A stretch of DNA of 64,000 nt from the NCBI GenBank assembly GCA_028534125.1, contig CM052816.1, positions 17,734,001 through 17,798,000 on the forward strand. Reading direction: 5' to 3'. Positions 51,624 through 64,000 of the stretch are shown piece by piece (the stretch's first letter is position 1; every line of letters starts with the position of its first letter). The stretch is from Lama glama. Taxonomy: Eukaryota. The position numbers and the translations under genes were made by a program. The notes beneath the pieces are model-generated. The model saw only the letters and a list, made by a program, of their open reading frames with translations, did no database searches and was not told where the DNA came from.

Positions 51624-54600
51624 CCATGCACACAAGTTTATGTGCAGGTCCCAGTGGCTGTGCTCTTCAACAAGCTGAACTTTGAATTGAAAACCCCACT
51701 GTCTCTGCCTTATAGAGTCTCTTGGTGCCAGTGGCCATGCTCTGTTGTCCCCTTAATGGAAGGTGACTGCAGGCAGTCTCCAACCAGTTAGTGAAATTTG
51801 CATAATCACATCAGCCTGCTAATCTTCCTGATCTGGTCAGAAAGCACTGAGGGCATTGTGAGTTTAGGCCAGAAGTAGGTTTGACTAGGGTCCCTGGACA
51901 TATCTGTTTGGTTTCAAGTAGAAGGAAACCTTGATCGAAGTAATGTCCAGAAATGTGAGAAACATCAAAGATCTGGGTTTGTAATCTGGCAAATTCCTTT
52001 TTATCTTGTCTTTTACTCATTGGCCACATAGATAGCTTCTGACATTCTTAAATGTGGAATGGCTTGGGGGTGCTGATGGGGAGTCCTGAAATTAACAGCA
52101 AATGTCCTGCCATGTAGAAATTTTCTTGGGTAAGTTAGTAGTCTATGAGAATCTTCACTGTCTCAAGATGTGAGTAAAAATAAAAACAGTTACGGTAACA
52201 CCCAGCCCCAGATAAACTCAGTCATTCAGAGTTAACTAAATATCATTGTGCTTACTAATAATTGTTACATGTAATGGGTGTTACAGGAAGTACATTTAAT
52301 ACACGCTAGCATTATCTTTGATTCTTTGCCCAATTTCTGGCACATAGTAGGTATGTGATACACGTTTACTGAAAAAGACTGCCTCTAGGATCCTAACCAC
52401 TTTTGGAATATTTATACCTTTAGTTTCGATAGCTTTGCTTAAACAGACCTTCAAAATATAATGTAGAAACGTAGTTCCGCTAGCTCTGACCCGTTGATCT
52501 TCACTGAAACCTTTGAGGACTGGTCAAGGGGCTTTTATCTAGCTGAACTTTTTCTATTTTTTCTTCTGCCCTCCTTCTTGCACCTGGGAGATCTTTCTTC
52601 TGTTTCAATCAGGTTAGCTTTTTTATACACTCCTGGAGCAATGGAAGACTGGCAGACAGGGTAGACTTGACAACGTGCATTTCTTTAAAAATTCTGAAAA
52701 TGTGTTAAATTTTGAACAGATTAAACCAGCAGTACCTAATTGTAAGAGAGTCACATAATAGACATATAGAGTAACAAAATCAAAGTTTCCCTTCTCGCTG
52801 AGGGTGTTTTCCCTCTGCAGTGTGCCCCCTTAATCATTTTCAGTTCTTTTACACATGCATGGACAGGGTTTTTGGAAACTTCTGTCTGGCTATTGAATCC
52901 TGTCATCTGTGAAGTCTAGATGCTTCTTCCCCCAGCTGCCTTGGCCATTACACAGCTCAGGTGAAAGGCAGGTCATGGAGCCTCCGGTTGAAATGGGCTG
53001 CAGTCCAGAGGTTGACTGACATTCACATCACCCAGAGACATGTTCCTGCTTTTAGAATTGCATCCATTCCAGACACACATCTTTTTGGTGGCCTTTATTC
53101 TTCTTTAAAAACTTTCAAAATATGCACTTTTCCTGTGGATTTGCAGGTGCTTTAGAAACCTGTCTTGGTGGTGGTTTGGAAGCATGCCTGTGGATTGATG
53201 GCTCTTGGCTTATGTGGCATCTGTTTATCTCTCATAATGCATTTGAGCCTTGACCTGGGGTATGTTGAGGCCCCCAGCCTCCTTATCTGGGCCACGCCCG
53301 ATGAGGGGAAGCCATGCAAGGTCGCTGGCTTTCCTGTGAGTGACCTGCCAGCTGGAATCAGTAGATGCTCCCCACTGGTGAGCAGGGCCCACCTTGTGAG
53401 CCTGAGTCCTTCCCATCCCTGTGGGTCTGCTTTGCTCATGAAGTCTCCCCATCTCCCTCCCAGCACAGCTTCCCGAGGCCCACTGTCCCTTTCCTCCCTC
53501 TTGGAGCTGTGGGGAGGAGTTGGTGTGACAGTTCATGTAAAGGGCTTAAGACAGTGCTTGGAGTGTTGTGAGAGCTAAGAACGTGCTTGTTATTGTCGCT
53601 GGTAGTAATAGTAGTAGTGTCAGCAGAATGAGACGTCCTCAAGAAGTGCTCAGCTGCCACTGTCATAGTTGTACATTTGCCCTTTTCAGTTTCCAGGTTC
53701 TGTAAGCAGTGCATCTTTGTACCAGGGAGTGCCCAGTAGCGCTTAGGGCACTCCTAGGGGCACAGCAGTTACTCTCTGGAGACATTCTTTGTGCAGTTCT
53801 CTAATAGACATCTGTTTATTAGGAGACATGGACTCTCTTTGGAGGATCTGGTGTCTGAGACCTTCGTTTGGAAAAGGAGAGAGACTTCTGAGCCCGTGGG
53901 TACCAGGACTGAGAATGTCTCATGTGGGAACCTGTCTCTCTGCTTTTGTAAATGACACAGGCCGTTATGCTCTTCTGTGTAATTTTATGACTGAGTATAA
54001 TGGCTCAAATAACCCTAACAACGAAGGAATGATAGCCTCATTTTACATGACAGATTATTTCAATGGTTAACATGTTTCTCATTTCAATTAACATTCATGA
54101 TTTTGCCTCTGGTTCAAAATAATAGCCACCGCATCAACTCTCTGAGTATCCTGCATCCTTGTTTGGGAAGCAATTAGTTCTGATTTTGCAAGTAAATTTA
54201 ATCTTGTTTTTGAATGGGCAATTTGATATTAACATGAAAATAAAATGCAGGTAGTGCTGGCAGCCAGCAAACACACAGTGTGGCTGCTGAAAGGGATGAT
54301 TCTTGGGTAGGTTCTCCGTGCCTCTGAGCTGACAGGTCTACCTTAGAGATTGGGTGAGAGAACAAAGACAGGACAGAGAAGGTCCTGGGACTGGGCTAGT
54401 TAGGTAAGCCTCCGTTTTATTTTCCTTCTGTAGAACGGAGGTTATGACAGCCTCTACCACCAGGGGGTTGCTGTGGGTGAGGAATCAGGGAGATGTGTGC
54501 AGGATTGCGACAGGCATGTGACAGTCGCACAGAACAACTGGAGTGCTGCTGCTGTCATTTGTGATCTGGAGTTGCCTTTCTCTCTCACCAGCTGTTCATA

Positions 54601-55849
54601 CGTGGGGTGGAGGAGTTCTCTCTAAAGTTACGCAGACGTGTTAGAATGCACAGGGTATTGAATAAAATGAAGGGCCCTTCTTCAATAACTGAAAAAAAAG
54701 TCAACAATTCTGTATACACTTAGACAGACTTAACAGCCCCCACCCACCGCATCATTCAAATATTTTTGACACACATTGTTGAATGTCATCCTGTGCAATT
54801 GATAACAGGAAATTTACACCTGCATGTGTACTTCTGGCTGGAAAAATTACGACAGAAGTCTTTGTTCTGACCCTGCTTGACTTGGCCCCTGATTCTGGCC
54901 CTTCTCTGCCTGTGGTCGAGTGAAATATTGGGTCACAACTGATGTCATCAAAGACTCCCTTGCTGTCAACTTGGGGCTTGATTGATGAGGGTGAGGATAT
55001 CTGAGTGAGGAGCAGCAGAGTCCAGTGGAAAGCAAGAGCAGGAAACCCTGACATGTGGACTTGAAGGTTAAGGTTGACATTTCTAGGAACTAGGAAGGAA
55101 GGAGCAGTCATGATCTAGCCTGCCTCGCTTGTGCCTGGGGCCATCTTCAAAGGGTGTGTTCATAGTCCACTCTGCTGCCAATGGTGAGTTGCTTTTACAA
55201 ATAAAATGATTATTCCTAAGAGCATTTGAGTAGTATACCTTATAGAAATGCTCTGAATGGTGTTCCCAGAAGTAGTTTTAGTTAACAAATACCAACATAT
55301 GATTAAGTGCCATGCTGTTAACTTTCTAGAAGATCCAAATGTCCCATTATTTGAATACTACCCAATAATGCTTGCTGACAATTCCTAGTGTTTGAATTTT
55401 CACTTTAAGCTACATTTCTTTATAAATACTACTAAACATAATGTTTCCTATTTGTTTAAAAAACATAAATAAAATATTTTGATGAATGCAGGAAAGAAAT
55501 GTACTATTTCAGCAATTCTTGAGGATTCCTGAGAATTCTGATTTCTCATTCTCAAATCTTGAAAATTAATATCTGTTGGGACTGTGGAACAACTGCCTCA
55601 GGGGTCCTTCTGCAGCTTTGGAAGCTGTCTGACTTTGAGAGGATGGGGGGTCCTTCAGCCCTCAGATGACCATGAGAGTCCCCCCTACCCACTTGTATGC
55701 TGTCTTTAGAAATTTTTGCTAATTAATTTTTTCTAGTCTGTATTAGGATTTCTGGGTCTGTTGAATTTTTGTTGCTTATTTTGCCTTCTAGTTAGTGCTA
55801 ATAGTTTCCAGAAATAAAAGGAGAAAGTTTTAAATGTCCAAATTAATAA

Positions 55850-56718
55850 ATTCACTTATTTCACTGAGCGAACCCATGTGGTGAGGGTCAGTCATGTTTC
55901 CAAGCACAAGAAGCCCAAAAATGATTAAGATCCAGTTACTCCCCTTGAGGGGCATACACTATATTGCAGAAGATAGACACAAAATGGCCTGTTTTGTGCT
56001 GTGGTAACTGTCACAGATGGGTCTGAACAAGGCGTAATGTTGGAACAAATAATGTCATGGTTCATTCTACGTGGGGTAGGGCTCCCAGGGGGAAGAGAAA
56101 CTTAATGAAAGGCAGCCAATCTGAAGCTTGGACGAGGGGCAGACATTTGCTCTGCAAGTAGAACGCATTTACGAAGTCACATGGACTTGAGTTTGCTTGG
56201 TACAGCTGATAGGACGGTCTGGAGGTCAAATCAATAGGACTGAGTGATGGGGAGAAGTGGTCAGGGCAGAGAAGGGAGGTGTCTAGGATGGGCTCCAGGG
56301 CTTTTAGCTTGGATGTACCCCATGTCCTATCTGAATAATAGTAGCATCTTAACATGCTGTCTGGCCAAATCAAGGTGCTTGCTTGGAGGCTAGTCGGGGA
56401 GCCTAACCAGAAGTAATCAGAGGACCATGGTGGGCTGGGAGTGCAAGCCTGACTGCCTGTGGAAGGGCAGGAGACTTCCAGGGGGAGAGGATTTTTGAGC
56501 TGGGGCTTGAAGAAAGCCTCATGAGACAGAGAGGGGTGGAGGGTGGAGGGGAGAAATGTGGGTGGGAATAAAGGTGTCTCCGATCTGGGAAAAACCTTCA
56601 TGATAGTTCAGAGGCACAAAGATCCTTGGTGGGCTCTGGGAAATAGCAGAGGGTGGCTGAAGCAAAAATATTTGGTGTTGGTGATTATTGTGTGCGTGTG
56701 TGTGCGTGCGTGCACATG

Positions 56719-56760
<42 letters not shown>

Positions 56761-56945
56761 TAGGCAGTTTGGAGAGGGGAGCAGCGCAGGCAGTGACCCA
56801 GTGAAGGTAGTCTCAGTCAGTTTAACACCAAAACTGGGAGTTCAGACGATACCCTAGGATGTGGGGAGAGGACGGAAGCTTTAAGCAGGGGAGTCACGTC
56901 ACCAGATTTGTATTTAAGAATCATTATTCTGCTTCCAAAAACAGA
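55850..56945 (-). mobile_element. L2 fragments (several pieces, interrupted by a GT microsatellite)
   Basis: ttcacttatttcactgagcgaacccatgtgg..., gagacttccagggggagaggatttttgagctggggcttgaag, and ttaagcaggggagtcacgtcaccagatttgtatttaagaatcattattctgc. Confidence 0.6.
56689..56759. repeat. Imperfect (GT)/(GC) microsatellite
   Basis: tgtgtgcgtgtgtgtgcgtgcgtgcacatgga followed by a long GT run. Confidence 0.95.
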
Positions 56946-59419
56946 CAAGCTGGGAATTTTGGTAAACTTAGAAAAAGAAATAGATTGAGAATAAGCAGTT
57001 GAGCAAAAGAGCATGAGAAATGCTGGTGATCTGCCGAGTGCCTGTCTTCTCTCCATTGTGTGTGTGTAGGCTGGGATTTTCTGTGTGGCACTGTGAGTAG
57101 GGTAGGAGGTGTGGCTGCCCCCAGCAGCAGCCAGGCTGGAGTGGAATTCGGACTTTGTGGCCAAAGGAAAGACTGGCAGGACCTGCCTCCCAGACTAAAT
57201 TGCTTGTGTCGCCCCAGTTGATGAATGTCTGTGACACTGGGAATAGCCTTCCCATCAAGACACCTTCATCGGATTTCACTCTTCATTGACTCAAGAAGTG
57301 AAATATCTTACAATCAGAAAGCTTAGTCCCTTGTCTCGACTGGGTTGGTAATTTTTTATGGTTTGCACTGAATTGTGGGGATTGAAATATATACACAATA
57401 ACCAGGGAAGTTACGCCTCCTTAGGTGCACATGTACTTGGTACATAACTTTGCATAATTTGGCCTCTGGTCAGAGACTACAGGTTGGATGCCATCTCCAC
57501 TTGGGTCCTAGTGGAGTAAGTAACACCTGGTTTTGCCCTAGTATAACAGGTATGCTTGTTTCATTAGAATTGAGAAAATTCAGAGTGGTTTGGCCTTTGT
57601 ACCTCTAGCCCCCAAGGCATCCCAGGAGAGGTCACCGTGGTTCCTCCTGGACGTAATCCATGACCACGTGGCCTTGTGTATGCTAAGCCTGCTCCTCCGC
57701 AGGTGAAAAGCCAGGGACAGGGATTCAGAGGGGCTTTATTTGTAAAACCGAGCCCTGATAGTGAAAATATAGATGCCAAAAAAGGGAATTAAAATGGTCT
57801 CAGTGCAATGCAATCATTTCCAGGATAACATCAGTCTGACAAATAGATATAAAATAACTTTGCCATATTTCTTTGTGACACTAGGCAACTCACTCCCCCA
57901 TGTCTCTGATTCCTCGTTTATAAAATAAAGTTCTTAGACTAGATTCATTTTAAGGTATTTTCTGGCTCTGATAGATAGCCTGTGAGTTTGTGATTAAGTG
58001 CCGAGTAACCGCTGCAGTGGTCAGCCCTCCCACCCCCACTCACCCAGCAAGGATATATTGGGCACTCCTGGTGCACCAGACCCACTAGTAAGCAGTGGCC
58101 AGCCCTGCCTCTTTGCCTGCCCTTAATGCACTTAATTTAATGGTGAAGTTCAGATCCAGAGACAGGGATGACCTGTCATTAGCTAGTGATTAATAGGTGG
58201 TTCTGTCTTGTCCTCAAAGCCAGTGGCTCAGTGTTCATTTCTCCTTTGTCTGCCTTTGGCTAAGCTCCTGCAGATTGACTTCCTTTGGGACATCACTGCA
58301 CATGGTTATGTCCACTCCAGCAAAGCTGCCCACTCTTTGGACTTTATAGCCCCTTTCTGGAAACTCAAAACACGAATTGCTTCAGCTATGGACATGTACG
58401 CTGGGGACTGATCCAGGAGAGGGGCTGCCAGATGCCAGAACTGCTGCATGTATTTGCTGACTCATTATCAGTGTCAGACAAACTGCTGTGGGAATGATAA
58501 ATGCGTGGTGTCCTCCTGAAGGAATCAGATGCTCTAAGGTTAACCCCGTGCCAACAACCTGCTCATCCACTGCACGGAGTCCTGTCACCTCCCCTCCCTG
58601 TTTCAGTAGTCCAGAACAAACCTGGAAAGAACAAAGTGGCTTTAGTTAGGGGTAATGGGAGACCTCATGTCCGTGTGATTTAGAAAGGCCGTGGTAGGAG
58701 AGGCCAGGACAAGGTGGGTAGAGGCTGTGGAACAGGGAGGCTTCAGAGAGAGGACCCTGATGACAGACGTGTTGGTGCCCCCCAAGAACTGTCAGGCCAG
58801 TAACCTATGTGGACTGAGATGAGTCGAAGAAGAGAGTCACCTCCGCACACTCTGCGGTTGTGTGAATGTCACCACAGCCTAGCCCCAGCTTGTCTCCAGA
58901 CTCCCCCCGCTGGGCTTTAGTTGCCCCCATTCGTCAAGTGAGTCATCTGGACTGGGTGATCGCCAAGTGCCCTCACAGGACTGCCTTTCCTAGTTCGCTG
59001 CTCAGGCAGGTCAGCCCCACAGCTTGTCCAGCCTGGGATCCCCGCTGGCTCCATGTCGTGCTGTGGGTACGTGGTTATCCTCCTTGATGTCATCCTCAAA
59101 GGTAGTTCCCCAAACAGACCCTCCTCCTCTTGCTGCCTCCCCCAGATCCCTGGGGGCGGGGTTCAGGTGGAATAAGAGCCAGGTTGGTGGGTGCTGTTCA
59201 TGCTTACTTGCCTTCATTTGGAAGAGGATGGGTTACCTCATATGAGAGACCCAAATCCTCAAGGAGCTGGCGATTCATTACTCACCTGAAAGAGGGGGTT
59301 CCTTCCTTGTGGCCCATGAGTCCTGGGGATTTCAGTGCCATTGCAGACCTCTGGCCCTAGAATTAAATCACATGTCTACGGCAACACTACTTTCATTCTC
59401 AATACCCTCATCTATTTGG

Positions 59420-59680
59420 GCAAATAATAATGATGACAACAGCTACCATTTTTGTTGCTTCCTGTCTTCCAGGCATTATACCGAGTCCCTTATATACATC
59501 AGCTCACTTTACTCTTCATACCATCTGCTTGAAGGAGATTGTATTTCCACCCTTAAACCCATTTTACAGATGAGGAAATTGGGATGTCAGAGTGAAATAT
59601 TCTGCTGAGATCACACATTAAGTGGCAGAGCTGAGGTGTGAACTCGTGTTTCTGGCTCCAGAGGCCAGATATTAAGCACC
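59420..59680 (-). mobile_element. MIR SINE (near full length)
   Basis: aataataatgatgacaacagctaccatttttg...cccattttacagatgaggaaattggga...gatcacacattaagtggcagagctgaggtgtgaactc...tctggctccagag. Confidence 0.85.
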
Positions 59681-60558
59681 ACGCAGGACCGCCTGAGCCG
59701 AATACTTCAAGGGCACAGTATTCGCCTGACTGGTGGGCAGTTCACACTCACTTGTCCTCCACTAGAACTCGCCCCTCGGCCATGAGGGTCACCCCCAGTG
59801 GTTTGCTGGGAAAACAGCCTCAACTAAGAGGAAAAGGGTGGCAGTAACTGTAGGCCTTTATTTTAGTGGTTTACAATACAGGGATGGGGTTCCTTCCCTG
59901 GACATAAGCCATCCTAATAGCACCATTCATCATGATGACAAAGGTTAGGATGAGGGGACTGGAGCTGGAATGAAAGAATAGAATTCTGATTATTTTAGCA
60001 GTTGAAAGTGACATCACCTCAGAGCCTCTATCAAATGGCATATTGAAAGCTAGACTGAAATGGCTTTAAAACGTATCCAGAGATGGTTTTCCACAGCTGT
60101 GATGAAGTCATTCGGTTGTGTTTGGAGATGCGTTTCTATCTCAGCTGCGTGCCCTCCCCCTCGGAGGCTGACCCGAGGAGCGTGCTGCTCTGGAACGTGG
60201 TTTAAGGCCTCGTGACCTGCCGTAGCCCTCACAGGGGCTGGGAGAGCTGGTAGAGTCCTCTCATTGTCTCTTTCATGCATTGTGAACGTCTCTTCGTGTC
60301 AGTAAGTGATGTTTTACAACGTGTTTAATGGCCACTTGCTTTCCTCGGTCCATCTGGTGGGCTGAACCCAGGCCTTTGGAAAAGAGTCTCCTGCCCCGTC
60401 AGCAAGTCAGAACAAATGGGGGTGCTGGTCAGGTGCCTTTAGGGTGCACCTGGATGTTTGACTGGCCTTTATTTATGTGGCTCTTTTCCAGGTAACCCAG
60501 AAGAAAGACCCCTGGGACCAGAATTTCAGTTAATTTACCCCTCTTTTTTCACCCTCAG

Positions 60559-60685
60559 GCAAAAGAAAGGAAACGTGGCCCACAAACACTGGGTTGGACC
60601 TTCGAATCTGGTCAAGTGCAAGCCCTGTCCGGTGGCGCTGTCAGCCATGGTCTGCGGTTCCGATGGCCACACTTACACATCCAAG
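60559..60685 (+). CDS. SPOCK1: SPOCK1 internal coding exon, 127 bp, phase 2 to phase 0, start of the Kazal-like domain (probably orthologous to human exon 5)
   Basis: Acceptor ctcttttttcaccctcAG ends at 60558 and donor AAG|GTCGGT starts at 60686. Encodes (R)QKKGNVAHKHWVGPSNLVKCKPCPVALSAMVCGSDGHTYTSK with the Kazal signature VCGSDG.TY. The phase fits the upstream exon (AG|G = Arg). Confidence 0.97.
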
Positions 60686-62599
60686 GTCGGTGCTCTCTCT
60701 TATCTTTTGTCATGAAAAAGTACCCTATGTCTGCTTGTTCTGGCGTCTCTGGGCCAAAACTGGGGCCTCTGAATCTCAGTGGGCTTTGAGACTTGCCTTT
60801 GAGAAGTCTGCCACATGAACAGACTCTCTGGCCTAAGAGACAAGATGAAAATGTTACCGCCTATGTAACTGGAGTGATTGAGGGCTAAGGGTAATGGTGA
60901 TTCTGAGAGTGGTGTGTGATCCTGAAGTGAATCTAGCAAGGCTTCCTGGAGGAGGTGAGCTTGTAAGCTGTTCCAAAGATGTGAGTCACTCAGCTCTGCT
61001 GACGGAGAAAGATGTGAGGGAGGCCTAGGATGCCTGCCTTAGGGACAGCATGGTGAAGAAAAGGCATGTGATGTCAGCACATGTTTAAGCTGCATTTATT
61101 GTGTATCTAGAATGCATCCAGCAGGACACCAGGCCCTGGGGCTAGAGGGGCTACTGTTCCTTTCTCTGGGGCCTTCAGGGGTTTATTGTCCAACTGGGGC
61201 AGTGGCTAGTATGGTGACAGGTCATTTGAACTCAAACTGATGAAGAGAAAATGGTTTCATAGAAAAAGGGACGAGGGATAAAATGGGTCTGTGTATTCTT
61301 GTTGGAGGAACGAAGAGGGAAAGTTTCCCAGAGGAGGGGTGTGTGATCGGGTTCTAATCAAAGGAACTATCGAATAGGCAGGGAGGCAGGGATCATCAGG
61401 GTGGACGAAGGAAAGGAGGTGATAATTTGTTCTTGCAACTCTAAACAGTTTCCTTGGGATAAGGCTACCCATTTGTGTTTTGAGCAGGTGTGGCACATTT
61501 CATTGGGATAATAAATGAAAGAAAAACCACAGAATTGACAGGGGTTTGCTTACTTGTTCCTTATTCCACAAACATAAACCAGCACCCCCTTAGTGCTAGG
61601 CGTGAAAAGTCCCAGGTGCGTGTCCCCGGAGCTTTTGATGAAACGTGGGTCAGGGACAAGGAGTGGGGCTCTGCCCCTCTGGTCTCCTCCAGCCAGAGCT
61701 GCTCCGCTTTCATCTCCGTGCTTGTTTTCTATGGAAGGTTCATTTGCAGGATGGAGTCTGGGGCTGAGATTTGAAACTGGTGAGTCCCTGGTCCCTTGTG
61801 GCCACATTGTCACGTGGTCCTCTGGCTTCGGCTTTCCTGCTGGTCGCCCCTCCCCTCCCCTCCCCACTGCACCCAGCGCTGACAGCTTCTGTTCTCTGTG
61901 ATCTCCTCACCAGCCTGGCCTCGCCCCCAGGGAGACTGCGCAGGCCTGGGGGACCCTCACTGCCTGCTGTCCTCAGAAGCTCATTTGGATTATTATAAGG
62001 CTGTGCCAGGCTTTCCTACTGATTCTCTGTTGTACAAGGCCTATATTTTTATTCAGCAAAAGTAGAGTCTTAGATTCTCAGATTTTCACAGTTTTCTAAC
62101 CAAAGGGAATATATTGAACAAAACAGGAAGCCGGAAGGTCTGTCTTGCTTGTACCCAGACCCCTGTGATCTGCTGTAGGACCTCCACATCATAATCACTG
62201 CTTGATTGTTCTTTTGTTCTTTCAACACATATTATTGGAGCCTTTCTTACGCACCAGGCTCTGTGCCAGGTGCTTGAGACACTTATAACACAATGGAAAT
62301 AGAACAGTTGGCTCTTTCATGGCCAGAGTCAGTAATCCTTACCTCTGTATCTTTGGACCTGCTGTGTGTTTTGCAGCTTCTCTGCCCAAGGTCCCAGCCA
62401 GCCCACCTTGGTTCAGCGTGCCCACCTTTCCCCTTCTCCGCTCTCCCTGACCCCAGTGGGACTGCAGTTGGAGATAGTTTGTGACTTCTGACACCCTGCA
62501 CATGTCCAGAGTAGTGCATTCATAGTAACATTGATGAATCAGTTCTATCCTCTGCTCTACAAAGGCACATCAGGGCATTATTGTCTTTCTCCCAAAGCC

Positions 62600-62735
62600 C
62601 ACCTTCTAGATATGTGAACAGTTGCCTGGAGTTTCTGTTAAAATGCAGGTTATGATAGAACAGTTCTGTGGGACCTGACGCGTTTCCAGGTTAGGTCCAT
62701 GCTGCTGGCCACGGACCACACTTTGAGTAGTGACA
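62600..62735 (+). mobile_element. MER5-like hAT DNA transposon fragment
   Basis: cctggagtttctgttaaaatgcaggtt...atgctgctggccacggaccacactttgagtag resembles the MER5A end. Confidence 0.6.
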
Positions 62736-62944
62736 ACTTCAGTTTTTATAGCTATCTCCTAATAGATCTCTTTACCTCCAGTATGCCTTTCCCTGGCTCC
62801 CAAAGTCCATTTCCATACGGCAGAAGGTGTGGATAATTCTGTGATAAAACTCTGTTTGAGCGTCTCCCCCACTTAAAAGGCATGGTGAGCTTTCCCCTTG
62901 CAGCTCCAAATAAGCTCAGACCCTTCACGTCCTTGAGACAGACC

Positions 62945-63400
62945 TTCATTCATTTGTCCAGCAACTATCTCTTGGACACTTGTCATTGTTCATAGCACTG
63001 TGCAGAGTGTGTGGATGGGCAGTGAGGAACCACACTGACACAGTTCCAGATCACCTGGAGGTTACACTCTGGGAGGGGAGACAGAAATAACTAACTGACC
63101 AAACAAATACAGAGTTTCAAATTTTGGTAAATATGACCAGGGAAATACATGTGGTGGTGAGAAAGAGAGAGGGGCCTGCTTTATAGGGGATGGTGAGGAA
63201 AGGCCTTTCTGAGGGGGCCTTTAAACTGTGAGTGGGGGGTGGGGGCATAGGATGTTCTAAGTAGAGAAAATAGCATGGGCCAAGGCTCTAAGGCAGGATG
63301 ATGAGTTTGAAGAACTGAGAGGATGCGCCAGTGGTGGCTTGGATGTTGAGCGGAGAGGCGCAGGAGAGATGAGATGAGAGAGGCATGGAGGGTGTGAGAA
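62945..63400 (-). mobile_element. L2 3' fragment
   Basis: ttcattcatttgtccagcaactatctcttggacact...tagggggatggtgaggaaaggcctttctgagg...gaaaatagcatgggccaaggctctaaggcagga...gtttgaagaactga. Confidence 0.75.
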
Positions 63401-64000
63401 TGGCCCAAGAGGAGACGTTCAGCCAAAGCTTGGCAGGTGAGCAGGTGGTCGGGCAGTGCCAGGCTCAGGGCACTGATGACTGCGAGTGCCTTCTGGCCCG
63501 CGTCTGCCTTAAGAGTGTGCGACCCTAGAGGCAGAAACAATGCCCATCCACCTTCACCAGGCCAGGGGCACATAGTGGGTGCTCTGTAAGTGTCATGGAT
63601 GAGAGCCCCCAAGGACGCCAGCTAGGATGGTGAGATTCCTGTCTCTGCAACTCTTCTGGAATTTGAGTGAATGGGTTGCAGAGAGCTTAGTGATGGAGAG
63701 CAATAAGCCATCCCCACTCTGGGCCAAGGTGCTTAGCTAAACCCCCAGCCTGGGGCCCTGGCAGAGAGGCTCCTTGCACTGATTCTGTCTTTGTGAAGAT
63801 GCAGTTTGTGCTGTTCAGTTATTCCCTCCAGCTCTGGAGTGAACTGTCTGATCCTGGATTAGAGATAGGCCATAAAATGTCAGTGAGTGATCAGGGCTGT
63901 TTGGGCAAGTGGCACGTTACACATCAAACTCCAGCAACCACCTGCCTGCTTGCCTCTGTCTCTCATCTGCAGAAGGAGCTTGAAATGCCAGCTCCCTGTG

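Larger units (their letters stand above)
39045..60558 (+). other. SPOCK1: SPOCK1 intron between the two exons (21,514 bp as assembled, GT-AG)
   Basis: GT at 39045 and AG at 60557-60558; the two exons join in frame to give contiguous testican-1 sequence. Confidence 0.93.

Noticed and set aside
53726..53754. 9-bp hairpin GGAGTGCCC...GGGCACTCC
   Set aside because: Several 9-bp inverted repeats with short loops are expected by chance in 64 kb.
54457..54470. CTCF-like CCACCAGGGGGTTG
   Set aside because: It lacks the conserved GGC(A/G) end and lies within MIR-like sequence.
55130..55600. AT-rich block with small internal inverted repeats (agagcattt...aaatgctct), possibly an old DNA transposon
   Set aside because: I could not identify terminal repeats or a family with confidence, so it is not reported as a feature.
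60458..60715. 85-aa ORF as a standalone gene
   Set aside because: Only 60559-60685 is testican-like and bounded by splice sites; the flanks are intronic read-through.
92..63612. The many 60-200 aa ORFs in the six-frame track (e.g. 3095-3652, 22731-23336, 47988-48521, 56062-56601)
   Set aside because: They show no recognisable homology, overlap on both strands, and many fall in repeats or microsatellites. This is expected background.
1..64000. A novel multi-gene or prokaryote-style system (operon, CRISPR array, defence island)
   Set aside because: The DNA is CpG-depleted, repeat-rich mammalian intron. I saw no repeat-spacer array, no long ORFs and no recognisable protein domains beyond the two SPOCK1 exons.

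Overview
This is mammalian genomic DNA, almost entirely intronic, from the + strand of SPOCK1 (testican-1). Two coding exons are present, 38930-39044 (115 bp) and 60559-60685 (127 bp). They splice in frame (AG|G = Arg) across a 21.5-kb GT-AG intron and encode ..ALDPSKDPCLKVKCSPHKVCVTQDYQTALCVSRKHLLPR|QKKGNVAHKHWVGPSNLVKCKPCPVALSAMVCGSDGHTYTSK.., the Cys-rich/follistatin-like region running into the Kazal-like domain. The rest is a typical eutherian repeat landscape: MIR, L2, CR1/L3, old L1M, MLT1A MaLR LTRs, MER20/MER5 DNA transposons and microsatellites. Younger elements (tRNA-Ala-derived Vic-1-like SINEs, an artiodactyl-type L1 3' end, an ERV1-like solo LTR) suggest a camelid source; this is an inference. 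There are two assembly gaps (500 N and 100 N), and the 100-N gap is flanked by a probable false haplotype duplication. I found no convincing novel multi-gene system. The most notable unexplained structures are a perfect 19-bp inverted repeat of pre-miRNA size (20612-20666) and a juxtaposed 3'/5' splice motif 67 nt upstream of the second exon. Repeat family names and human/mouse comparisons come from memory of consensus sequences, and old-repeat boundaries are approximate.
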